64,000 bases of DNA from Octopus sinensis (taxonomy: Eukaryota). The stretch's first letter is position 1. Each line of letters starts with the position of its first letter. A program made the translations under genes and the position numbers. Below, piece after piece: positions 1 through 11,237 of this stretch. Location: assembly GCF_006345805.1 (NCBI RefSeq), contig NC_043016.1, positions 1,178,001 through 1,242,000 on the forward strand, in the 5' to 3' direction. The notes beneath the pieces were generated by a model that did no database searches, had not been told where the DNA came from, and saw only the letters and a list, made by a program, of their open reading frames with translations.

Positions 1-481
1 GTAGCAAGGATGGCACGTATGAATGACGAAGCCACCTTGAGTATTATCCTATGGACCCGGAAATTGAAAACAGAGGGTTACCTACTTGCAAACAAATGTT
101 GTAATATGTAACAATATTGCCCGAGGTTACCGTGGTCCTTTCCGTAGGCTTTTCTTTCCATGGATAAGCCTTATCTGCTTCCCCCTTTACACCCTACATC
201 ATGACACTGTGATACATGATCTCTATTGTTCGTTTTTTCTTTTCTTTTTTCTTTGCTTTATTTTCTTATATTTTTTTTCCTTTTCTTTTCTACGACCCCT
301 TTTGATCGACAGCCTATTCCACATTTTTTTTCCTCAAAAAGAAAAATTCTACTTTGTAATTAGTCCCGTCTGTGTCCATCCCTGTGTTGCTAATAAAGAA
401 ACATATCTATACATCTATCTGCCTATCTATTATATATATATATATATATATATATGCGCATGTGTGTGTACACACAGACAC

Positions 482-522
<41 letters not shown>

Positions 523-594
523 TATACATGTATATATACATATATATGTATATGAATATATATGCATATATATAACACACATATATGTGTGTGT

Positions 595-800
595 GTGTTT
601 GTGTCTGTGTTTGTTCCCCCAACAACGATTGACAACTGCTGCTGGTGTGTTTACGTCCCCGTGACTTAGCGATTCGGCAAAAGAAGCGACAGAACAAGTA
701 CTAGGCTTACAAAAAATAAGCCTCGGGGTCGATTTGCTCGACTAACGGCGGTACTCCAGCATGACTGCAGTCAAATGACTGAAACAGATAAAAGAATAAA
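595..800 (+). mobile_element. SINE 3' module (octopus-type bipartite SINE tail); duplicate at ~1255-1460
   Basis: GTGTTTACGTCCCCGTGACTTAGC...GGGGTCGATTTGCTCGACTAA...GCAGTCAAATGACTGAAAC recurs at 8260, 40010, 48330, 55290, 60860. Confidence 0.8.
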
Positions 801-952
801 AAGGATATATATATTGGATTAACTTTATATATATATATATATATATACCGGAGTAAACACATAAATGTGAAACAAGGTGGAAAAAAAGAGTACTCAAATA
901 CCAGTGGTAGAGTAATATGCTTTATTTAAAGCAGCAGAAAATTCAACAAAAT

Positions 953-990
953 CTGTTACTCTGAGTTTCTCGTTGCCGTTCATCAGACAG
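953..990 (-). ncRNA. Minimal type I hammerhead ribozyme (left arm of hairpin)
   Basis: Minus strand: CUGU-CUGAUGA-A-CG(GCAA)CG-A-GAAA-CUCAGAG-UA|ACAG; stem I CUGU/ACAG. Confidence 0.75.
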
Positions 991-1007
991 TTTTTGTTAG
1001 AACAAAA

Positions 1008-1045
1008 CTGTCTGATGAACAGCAACGAGAAACTCAGAGTAACAG
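1008..1045 (+). ncRNA. Minimal type I hammerhead ribozyme (right arm of hairpin)
   Basis: CUGU-CUGAUGA(1012-1018)-ACAGCAACGA-GAAA(1029-1032)-CUCAGAG-UA|ACAG; predicted cut after A1041; stem II weak. Confidence 0.7.
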
Positions 1046-1078
1046 ATTTTGTTGAATTTTCTGCGGCTTTAAATAAAG

Positions 1079-1109
<31 letters not shown>

Positions 1110-1614
1110 TATGCGCATGTGTGTGTACACACAGACACGCAAACACACACACACCACACACACACACACACACACAAATATACATGTATATATACATATA
1201 TATGTATATGAATATATATGCATATATATATACACACATATATGTGTGTGTGTGTTTGTGTCTGTGTTTGTTCCCCCAACAACGATTGACAACTGCTGCT
1301 GGTGTGTTTACGTCCCCGTGACTTAGCGATTCGGCAAAAGAAGCGACAGAACAAGTACTAGGCTTACAAAAAATAAGCCTCGGGGTCGATTTGCTCGACT
1401 AACGGCGGTACTCCAGCATGACTGCAGTCAAATGACTGAAACAGATAAAAGAATAAAAAGGATATATATATTGGATTAACTTTATTATATATATATATAT
1501 AATACCGGAGTAAACACATAAATGTGAAACAAGGTGGAAAAAAAGAGTACTCAAATACCAGTGGTAGAGTAGAGTAATATGCTTTATTTAAAGCAGCAGA
1601 AAATTCAACAAAAT

Positions 1615-1708
1615 CTGTTACTCTGAGTTTCTCGTTGCCGTTCATCAGACAGTTTTTGTTAGAACAAAAACTGTCTGATGAACAGCAACGAGAAACTCAG
1701 AGTAACAG
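1615..1708. ncRNA. Duplicate pair of minimal hammerheads (minus 1615-1652, plus 1671-1708)
   Basis: Same motifs as 953-1045, in the second tandem unit. Confidence 0.7.
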
Positions 1709-1740
1709 ATTTTGTTGAATTTTCTGCGGCTTTAAATAAA

Positions 1741-1780
<40 letters not shown>

Positions 1781-1959
1781 TTGTGTGTGAGTGTGTATGT
1801 GTGTGTGTATACAAACATCCATAAATAAATGTAGAGTATTTTTTCATAACACACAGACACACACACAAAATGATAAGCTTTCACGATTAGAACGCAAACA
1901 ACATGTATTTCAGTATATAAATATAATATAAAATGAAAGTTAATTGAAAAATTAGAAGA

Positions 1960-2870
1960 GGAGGGGGAAAGAGGAGATGAGAGGAGGAGAAAGAGGAGGA
2001 GGGAATGGAAGATGAAGTGGAAAGGGAAGAAGGGAAGGAGGATAAGGAAGAAGACGAAGGGGAACGGACGGAGCAAGAGGAAGAGGAACAGGTGAAGGAA
2101 GAAGCGGTGGAAGAGAAAGACGGGGAAGAGTATGAAGGAGAAGAAGGAGAGGAGGAAGACGAAGGGAAAGAAAGGAGAGAGAGGAAGAAGCAAAGGGGGA
2201 AGGGGAAGAGGTGGAGGATGAAGCCGTGTAAAAGAAAGGGGAAGGTGAGGCGGAGGGGAAGGAGGAGGAAGAGGAGGAGAAAGAAAGGGAGGATGAGGAA
2301 GATGAGGCTGAAGAGAAGGAGAAAGAGGAGGAAGAGGAAGAGAAGTAGGAAGGGGAAAGGGAAGTAGGAAGAGGAAAGAGAAGCAGGAAGAGGAAGAGGA
2401 AAGGGAAGTAGGAAGAGGGATTAGGAAGTGGAAGAGGAAGCGCAGAAGGGGGAGGAGGAAGGAAGGAAGGAAGGAAGGAAGGAAGGAGGAGGGAGGAGGA
2501 GGACGACGAAGGAGAGGGAGGGAGGAGGAAGAGAGGAAGAGGACAACGAGGTAGGGGAAGAGGAGGACGTGGATGAGGGAGAGGGGAGGAGGAGGAGGAG
2601 GAGGAAGGATAGATGAAGTGGAGAAATACGTAGGGGCGAAGATGGTAAGGAGTAAAAGGAGGAGTGGAAAGAGGAGGAGTTGAAGGACGAAGAGGAGGAA
2701 GCAGGGGAGGAAGAAAGGAAGGGGAGGAGAAAGAGAAGGACGAAGGGAGGAAGAGGAAGACGAGGCGGAAGAGGAGGCGGAAGAGAAGGAAGGGGAGGAA
2801 GGAGAGGAAGGGGAGGAAGTGGAAGGAAGTAGTGATAGGAGGAGCAGAGGGAGTAGGAAAGTAGGAAATA
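1960..2870. repeat. Purine-rich low-complexity (GAG/GAA/GGAA)n tract
   Basis: Almost all A/G on the + strand; gives only E/R/K/G-biased ORFs. Confidence 0.9.
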
Positions 2871-3239
2871 TTTTAATTAAACTATCTTATACTCTATAAA
2901 TGAAATATTTTCCTAAATATTCTAAAGTCCAAAATTATTAATACATACGGTAAATAACTCTTCCAAATTAAATATATCAATAAATCATAACGATATTGAG
3001 GATAACTTGTGCGAACTCAAATAAATATAACTTTAAATAAACCAAGAATAAGCAATATAGACAATCCTATAGAAACACGCAAAAATCCTCCTCTAGAAAA
3101 TAACGCACAACGCAAAAACCTTATAAATAAATTATTACCATACTCAGCCATAAGCAACAATGCAAGCCCTACCGCTCCATACTCAACATTATGTCCAGAA
3201 ACTAACTCTGACACCCCCCTCTGCAAAAAGATAACAACT

Positions 3240-4130
3240 CTGTGAACTTCTTAGACGTTAGCTTCACCCACCAGCCTTACCATAAACCTAACAACAATAT
3301 CACATACATAAATACCCAAAGTAACCATCCATATAACATTATAGAAAACCTAACATAGAGAGAAGAATTAATCTATTATCATCTAATGAATACATATTTA
3401 ACAAGCTATAACCTAGCACTTAAGAAGGCAGGATATAAATATGAAATTAAGTATAATAAAAACGACAGCATCAATACTAATAATACCAAACTTTATCTTG
3501 AAATTAATACTGTAGATAATATTAGTGAACCTAAGTCACCTGATGAATTAGTCACCCCCAATATAAATAAACTCTCAATAATAGTCATCAACATAACAGA
3601 AAAAACACGAAAATCACAACTACAGTAAACATACTAATAAACTTAATCAATACGAACAGCATAACCATAACTTTACAAAAGGAAACAATTATATAAACTT
3701 TAGCAATTCCGACTTTACTAACCACATTAATATTAATATTAATAAATCCAAGAATTCTGACGACAAACACCAAAACTGTATAATTATAGATAAAAATAGG
3801 AACATTAAGCCAATAAACAGAAAAAATGAAAATAATCACCTAATTCCTTCTATAATATACATAACCATAGAACTCAAATTAATATAGATGGTATTATAAT
3901 AGTACAAGAGAATAGCAGGTCTACCTAAAAAATTGGCACCTCAAAAGAAACAATATTGATTTCTCCATCTCTTGGAAAATCCTATCTTCTTCCCCCTCTT
4001 ACAGAAATGATAATAAAATTTGTGGGTTGTGTTTGGAAGAAAGCTGTAGCATATTGAGAATAAATGGAAATTTGGTTAATACTAGGGTTGAAAAAGTTCT
4101 CATGTAAACACATGACCCAATTCCTATTTA
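3240..4130 (+). pseudogene. Degenerate Penelope-like RT thumb and GIY-YIG C-terminus
   Basis: Manual translation: VNFLDVSF..PYHKPNNNITYINTQSNHP, RRINLLSSNEYIFN..ALKKAGY; later NKICGLCLEES..LVNTRVE..SCKH; frameshifted. Confidence 0.7.
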
Positions 4131-4612
4131 TCAATCTTAAATAATTCTTCACTTCCCACTTGCTTAGATTAGTTTTTGGTGTTTTTTAAAAATATTTCTA
4201 TATATTATCTTTTCTTATGGAATACGATCACTCCTTGATATTTTTTATTTAACATTTCCTTCTAACAATTGCATGACCCACCATATATAAGGTTAATACT
4301 TTATCTGTCTCGCCCTACACACCCTTTTCTCTCAGTATGTCTGCTTTTTTAGTTATCTTTCCTTAGTATATTATATACCTATAGTTTCTTTGTATTTTAT
4401 TTTATTTGCATAATGTGACCATTTAAACCCACTCAACATACCCATTCTAACTAATACTGTGTTATATTATTTGTCACTATACCTGATAATTAAATATATT
4501 TTACTGCTGATATATGCAAACATGTATGCACATATAGTACTTCTTGGTGTCCTACATGTCTACAACCATGTGTGCATATCTGGGTATGGGTCATATGTTA
4601 TCTGTGTGTGTA

Positions 4613-5892
4613 CGAGGGGCGTTCAATAAGTAATGCCTCTGACCCACTTCCCATAGCAGTAGGGCAACGAAACTTGGCACAGTTATTAGTCTTTTTCTAC
4701 ATAGGAACCACCCAGAGTTACGCATTTCTCCCATCGTTTGATGCGGCTCTGGAGACCGTTTTTGTAGAAGAACCCAGCTTGGTCCTCCAACCTCAACCTG
4801 ACTTCAGAAATCAAGGCTGCATCATCTGGGAAACGCTTTCCTTTCAAAAACAACCTCATGATTAGGAAGGGGTGAAAATCAGAGGGTGCAAGGTCAGGAA
4901 AGTAGAGGGGATGGGGAGGAGTTCATAGCCATACGCCTGTGTTTCTGATCTGGCGACAAGCGAGTTGTGGACCGGAGCGTTGTCCTGCAGGAGGAGGATG
5001 CCTTTGCTGATCTTGCCCCGCCTCTTGATTTTGATAACTTCTCTTAATTTCCTCAAAAGTGAAGCATAATAGGCTCCTGCAATTGTGGTACCCTTTGCCA
5101 GGAAATCTGTCATCACTACTCCGTCCTGGTCCCAGAAGACTGTGAGCATGACCTTGCCAGCGGAGGGCTGCACCCTTGCCTTCTTTGGAGGGGGTGAGTC
5201 ACTGCATTGACTGGGCTTTGGTCTCTAGATCATCGTGATGGACCCAGGTTTCATCCTGTGTAATCAGTCTTTTGAAAAATTTTGACTCATCTTCTTGGCA
5301 TATCTCCAAATTCACCCTTGAGCAGTCGACGCGTTCTTGCTTCTGGAAAGGCGTGAGCAACCTGGGAATCCATCTGGCAGACACCTTTTGCATATGCAAA
5401 TGTTCATGAATGATAGTTTCCACAGACCCGGTACTAATCTTGACCTCATGGGCTATTTGGCGAATAATTATGCGTCGATCTTCCAAAATGGCAGCCTCAA
5501 CTTGACGGACAGATGCCTCATCAATGGCAGAAGGGGGCGACCAGATCTGGGAGCTGTTTCCACAGAGTTTCGACCATGTTTGAATTCACGATGCCAGCGT
5601 TTTACAAGGTCATATGATGGGGCATCATCACCATAAGTTACTTTCATTTCATCAAAAGTCTCCCGTGGTGTGCGTCCTTTCAAATACAAAAACCGGATCA
5701 CTGCTCGACACTCAACAGGCTCCATTTCACACTTGACTCGGTTCAAACACTTGTAAATCAGAAACCACAATTAATTCAGAGCTGTAATTTGCCACTTACT
5801 CTATAGAGATATAAATGATTGCACATGCAAAATTTCAGCTAGATGAAACAACTGCAAGTGGGTCAGAGGCATTACTTATTGAACGTCCCTCG
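4613..5892 (-). mobile_element. Full-length mariner (1280 bp), Hsmar2/irritans-like termini, disrupted transposase
   Basis: 37-bp TIRs CGAGGG(G/A)CGTTCAATAAGTAATGCCTCTGACCCACTT with 1 mismatch; TA on both sides (4611-12, 5893-94). Confidence 0.95.
4686..5725 (-). pseudogene. Mariner DD34D-type transposase, frameshifted
   Basis: MEPVECRAVIRFL...RSGRP (HTH), ITQDETWVHH, LLQDNAPVH, spread over three ORF-track frames. Confidence 0.92.
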
Positions 5893-7103
5893 TATATCTA
5901 TTATTTTGTGTTTATTTACTATATGTTGCCACTGACATGTATTCATTAATATGAACATATGTATCTGCGTATATACGTATGTGTCGCATACATATATATA
6001 CTACTTATTATGTGTGTGTGCATTTATATCTATATATGTGTGCTTTTTCTCTCTTTGCACCGGTATTAGTATATATATATATATTTTTGTACGGTGTTTC
6101 TTCTTTTATGTATACCCTAAACAAAACAAAAAAAAAACCCCACTAGAATTCCTATATCTATGTATACTAATGTACAAATATGCCTCTACTCACGTATGAG
6201 TAAATATACTAACACTTTTTTCCTTATAAGATTATTTTTTCTATGATATGCATAAATTTTTTGTATACTTATGTGCACCTCCACACTCGTACCTTTCCTT
6301 ATAGTCATAATACACACCATTAAATATCTCTCTCACATTATGCCACGATAGTTTCTTACCTCATAATTTTTATTTATAGTTACTGTATAATCTGTATAAC
6401 TTGTATATAAATACATATAAAATAAACCCTTTAGGTACTGTTTTCATTTCCTACTCATTTATCTCCCCTACATTGATTTTATTTTTACGTATTCTAACTT
6501 TCCTTATCTATTTCAACTTCGCTTTTTTTGTCTTGGTAGCCACAGCAAGTATTTACTATCTAAATTGTAATATTGACTATTTTTTCTGTTTTTACTTATT
6601 TTTCTACCTTATATTTAATACATACTAACGAATATTAGTTTTTATGCAAACGTTAGTCCCTCTTATACATCATATTCCCTATTTAACCTTTTTTACTCCT
6701 CTAACACCTGTTCATGTTAACAATCCAGTAGCTCTTTATGCACTAACTCCTCTAGATTAACTTTATTCTCATGTATTTTTTTAAAAATACACCTTAGTGT
6801 TATTAACTGTCAGATCATATCTTAATTCAGATATAGCCATGCCTTTCCATTGGACATTTCTATACAATCTTTGCCCTACGCGATTAATTTAGAGTTAAAA
6901 TTTCTAATCTCCTCACTCAACTATAGAGGTAACGTCTCTGAAACCATTTTTACTTATATTTTCAAATAACCGTTATACCTTTTAGTTATAGTTAAAACCT
7001 AACTGGACTCATCTCTTTTTCTCACAGGGATAAATATATATCTTCTAGATTCTATTTTTCTCTATCCTTTCTCAAGTTCTTTGTAAAAATTTTGTTTATA
7101 CTT

Positions 7104-7218
7104 CTTGCACTGATGAGTACAGTGATATATAATTAATTTATTGAATTTAATGTAATTCAATTCAATCATGAATTTGCATTATTTTTCTATCTCTGTACGA
7201 AACGATCGTCTGCATGAA
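7104..7218 (+). ncRNA. Type I hammerhead ribozyme with long stem II loop
   Basis: UGCA-CUGAUGA(7110-7116)-GUACAG..~70 nt..CUGUAC-GAAA(7199-7202)-CGAUCG-UC|UGCA; GUC cut after C7210; palindromic stem III. Confidence 0.85.
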
Positions 7219-7725
7219 TTAAAATACTCTTACATTTTAACATCTTCTCTTCTCCATTTTTAATAAAATTGTTGAGTTTTATGGGATTTCTTTCCATAAC
7301 TTCACAACATATCTACAAGTATTATTCATATTCGCAAATTTACGCCTCGCAACGTAAGTGGGATACATTACAATTATGTTAATTTTTGTATACACATATT
7401 AAGCATTTCTCCAGAAACAATTTCCATTACCTCTACTATGGAGGAGGGGAAGACGGAGATAGGGAAGAAGAAGAAGAAGAAGAAGAAAGAAGAAGAAGAA
7501 GAAGAAGAAGAAGAAGAAGAAGAAGAAGAAAAAGAACAACAACAACAACAACTAGAGCTAAAATGAACGTCATTACAAGATTTATTATAAGTACTAACGC
7601 ACGGTGTTTTTGTGCCCAAATTGTTTGAAAACATACATTAAAACAATAATAGAAAAAGAGAGAGCAAGATGCATTAGCAAACAATCAGAAGCTCAAATTT
7701 GATTTCTAGTCGGAAAGTAAATATA

Positions 7726-8114
7726 TAGGCGCAGGAATGGTCATGTGGTAAGAAGCTTGCTTCCCAACCAATTGGTTCCAGGTTCAGTCCGACTGTGTGG
7801 CACCTTGACCAAGTGTCTTCCAAAGCCGTCCAAAGCTTTGTGAGTGAATTTGCTAGACGGGAACTGAAAGAAGTCTGTCATATATATATATAATAAATTC
7901 AGGGTGAATACTTGATATATATAAGCACCTGTATATGCCAGCTAGCAGCATAGGTGAGAGGATATATGTATCAAATGAAATAAATGAAAACAGGACGCAA
8001 AGGATGTTGCGGTACATATGTTTCGGTACGTAAGAATAAGTTGTTCTATAAAGCTAGAAACATATGTACCGCAACATCCTTTGTGACCTGTTTTTCATTT
8101 ATTTCATTTGATAC

Positions 8115-8200
<86 letters not shown>

Positions 8201-8460
8201 TATATATGTATGTGTGTGTGTGGGTGTGTGTGCGTGTATGTATGTTTGTATTTATGTTTCTGTGTTTGTCCGCCACCATCGCTTAACAATTGATGTTTGT
8301 GTTTACATCTCCCGTAACCTAGCGGTTAGGCATAAGGCATCAATAGAATAAGTACTAGGCTTACAAAGAATATGTCTTCGGGTCGATTTGTTCGACTAAA
8401 GGCGGTGCTCCAGCATGACCGCAGTCAAATGACTGAATAGAATAAAAGAATATAAGAATA
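7726..8460 (+). mobile_element. Bipartite tRNA-headed SINE with an internal insertion
   Basis: Head GGCGCAGGA..GTGGTAAGAAGCTTGC..GGTTCAGTCC (A/B-box-like) at 7726-7880; tail at 8260-8460. Confidence 0.8.
7963..8118. repeat. Fold-back hairpin, ~62-bp arms, each starting at a hammerhead 3' half
   Basis: Arms 7963-8024 and 8057-8118; both read GAAA-CAUAUG-UA outward from a 32-nt loop. Confidence 0.85.
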
Positions 8461-8478
8461 TGTACAAATGAATAAATA

Positions 8479-10150
8479 CACTGGTCAACGAAATTAAATG
8501 TATTATACTTATGAATGCAAACCAACGTTTTGAGACTAATTTTTCATGCTGGTTTCAAAATTTCACTCTATTTGTATGTAGCACGTATCAGTTTTTCAGT
8601 AGATACATAGAAGTATTTACATATTTGTATATATGAATTCTTTCTACAAAGAGTGAATATACAAAAAAATGGGTCAAACAAAACAAAGTTAGAACAACAG
8701 AGTTAGAAACATTGTGATTTGGATTTCTTGCAGTGTTCCTGATCTGATTGATCACGGTAAAGTGTCCAGCAGTAGTCAGCCAGCATACTGTCATTCCAGA
8801 AACCTTGGTACCGTTTCTCCATAGCACTACTGTCCTGGTGAAATCTTTTGCCATGTTCATCAGAATGAAATTCAGATGGGAGTCAAAGATGTGAACTTTC
8901 AGTAACATGCAGCAACCCATTACTGAGTAAGATTCTTGATCCCATCCTTGTAGTCCGTTGCCTTCTTGTTGCCCAAGAAATTCTCACAAATCCAATTGAA
9001 AACATTCCAGGCAGGCAGTTCCAGTTCATCCAATGTTGTCTTGAAGTTAACATCTTTGAGTACTTTTCTAATTTGGGGTCCGACAAAGATACCCTCTTAC
9101 AACTTCACCTGTTTGATTTTGGGAAACTTTCTACAATATGTTCAAACCCTCTGGCATTTCTCTTCCCTAGTGTCTTTACAAACTGTTTCATCAGTGCAAG
9201 CTTTATGTGCAAAGGAGGCAATAGCACATACATGGATCTACATGAGATGTATACTTGACGCTAGACAATCCTGGCTAGTACAATGTTCTTGTTTACCAGT
9301 TTAATTCCGAATTACATCTTCCAGTTGGCTGACTATCCCATAGGCACAAGAAACATGGCTGCATTCCCATTAACATTCCAATGACTTTTAAATCTAAACA
9401 TATTTTCCATGAGTATCTTTTATAGGCATGAAGTTCCATATTCTCATATGATTATGGAGAAGTACAGCTTTTAAACTTCGTTTTGAAGAGTCAATAACAA
9501 ACGCCATTCTGCAAGATTATGATTTTGTGATAAACTTTCAAAAAGTCCATCGATGTTAACTTTCAACAGAAAAACACGTTTTAAGGACCATATTTCTCTG
9601 CTGAAAATAAGTTATACACATTGCTTTAGCATATAATCTCTCCTCCAGTCTTGATGCCAACAGTTCTGTTTTATCTTTTGAATGGGATAGGTCTCTGACA
9701 AGGTCATTCATTTCAGCTTGGGAAAATTTCTGAGGTTCAAAGCTATCGTCATCAGCCACGTAGCACTATTGTGACGGTCAGCACCATCATCTGATGGAAA
9801 TGGAATTGGCAGATTTTCATTGTGAGGCACAGGTCTCATTGTAGAATCCAAATTGGGATACACGATTTTGTGTTTATTCTTCATAGAAAATCCTGTGACA
9901 TTTATCTTGCAAAAATAACAGTCATTAAAATGGTCTTTCGGCTCCCTCCATATTAGTCATGTAAGCCATATGAGCAAGCTGAGCAGAAAAAATGTGCCCG
10001 TAGCTTGTCTTGATCTCCAAAAGAACAGTCAGAGTATAGCTTATAAATATTTTTGACCTCTGGTGTTATTGTGTTTTGAGCATTCACAATAAATTATCCA
10101 CAGATATAACAAAACACATCAGGATGATTTCTACACTATACCTTATATTG
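8479..10150 (-). mobile_element. Chapaev3-like (CMC) DNA transposon remnant, transposase pseudogene
   Basis: EPKDHFNDCYFCKINVTGF, FSQAEMNDLVRDL..KTELLASRL, LLPPLHIKLALMKQFVK, LKVHIFDSHL; terminus TA-CACTG at 8479; second TIR not found. Confidence 0.7.
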
Positions 10151-10728
10151 AATTTGAGATTATGAAATATTTCATCAGACTAATTATGTCTGGACAATCT
10201 TAGATGTTGAAATACCTATTTCATCAGACAAAACTTGATTGATTAATTTAAGATGATGAAATATTGCATCTGGATTATGCAGCAATGAATAATCTAGTTC
10301 TTGTATTTCGGGATGGTCATTTTGACAATTTAGCCAATAAAAACACACGCACTATATATTTGGTGTTACTTTGCTTCAGCGTTATCTATTTTTTACATTA
10401 ATCTTAATCTTATTTCGGCCAGAGTTCTTTCGTCACACTCCTGTGACCGCACAAGTGGTCCTTTGCTTTCTTCTTTCTTATTTGTGTCTCTCTTTACTAA
10501 CCGTCAGCCATTTTGTATTTCTATTGTATGTGTCTTCATTTGCGCATGCGTATATCTCTATGTGCGTCTATGTTTAGTTAGTGTCTGTGTGTGCGGGGTG
10601 GTGGTGCCTGTAATATTTGTATCTTCTGTTTATATACGTTCGTGTAATTTGTTTTTGTTTTTGTTTATTCTTATTTTGTTCATGTGTTTACATCCACTTA
10701 TTATTATTATTATTATCATTATTATTAC

Positions 10729-10766
<38 letters not shown>

Positions 10767-10812
10767 TATTATTATTATTATTATTATTATTATCCTAATT
10801 ATTATTATCATA

Positions 10813-10891
<79 letters not shown>

Positions 10892-10910
10892 CCTAATTAT
10901 TATTATCATA

Positions 10911-10969
<59 letters not shown>

Positions 10970-11020
10970 CATAATTATTATCATTATTATTATTATTACG
11001 TATGTATAACAACAATACTA

Positions 11021-11056
<36 letters not shown>

Positions 11057-11237
11057 TAATAATAATAATAATAATAATAATGATAATAATAATAATAATA
11101 ATAATTAAAAAAAATATATATATTTTAAAAAATGTATATAGTTATTTACTTCCATTTGTTTATTTATCTGTGTATTTTATTTTATTATGTTTTCAGTTTT
11201 ATTTATATTGTAACCAGTTTATGGGGATCCTCTTCTG

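Larger units (their letters stand above)
430..1745. repeat. Tandem duplication, 2 copies of a ~660-bp unit (SINE tail + PLE pLTR fragment + 160-bp hairpin)
   Basis: ATGCGCATGTGTGTGTACAC starts at ~455 and ~1111; the copies match throughout apart from small indels. Confidence 0.9.

Noticed and set aside
1-95. Possible RTE 3' coding scrap (ARMNDE..IILWT)
   Set aside because: Too short and cut by the window edge to support.
86-1354. ORFs of 66-192 aa rich in YI/HT/VC
   Set aside because: Translations of (TA)n, (CA)n and (TG)n microsatellites; the same applies to dozens of similar ORFs across the window.
2005-2864. Acidic/basic ORFs resembling nucleolin- or protamine-like proteins
   Set aside because: Purine-rich simple repeat, open in several frames, no domain, no splice context.
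7726-7800. tRNA genes
   Set aside because: Only A/B-box-like SINE heads; no cloverleaf or identifiable anticodon arm.
9185-10232. CTGATGA matches on the minus strand (~9190, ~10172, ~10222)
   Set aside because: They lie within the Chapaev-like coding remnant (e.g. LMKQ) and lack pairing stems and a GAAA/NUH partner.
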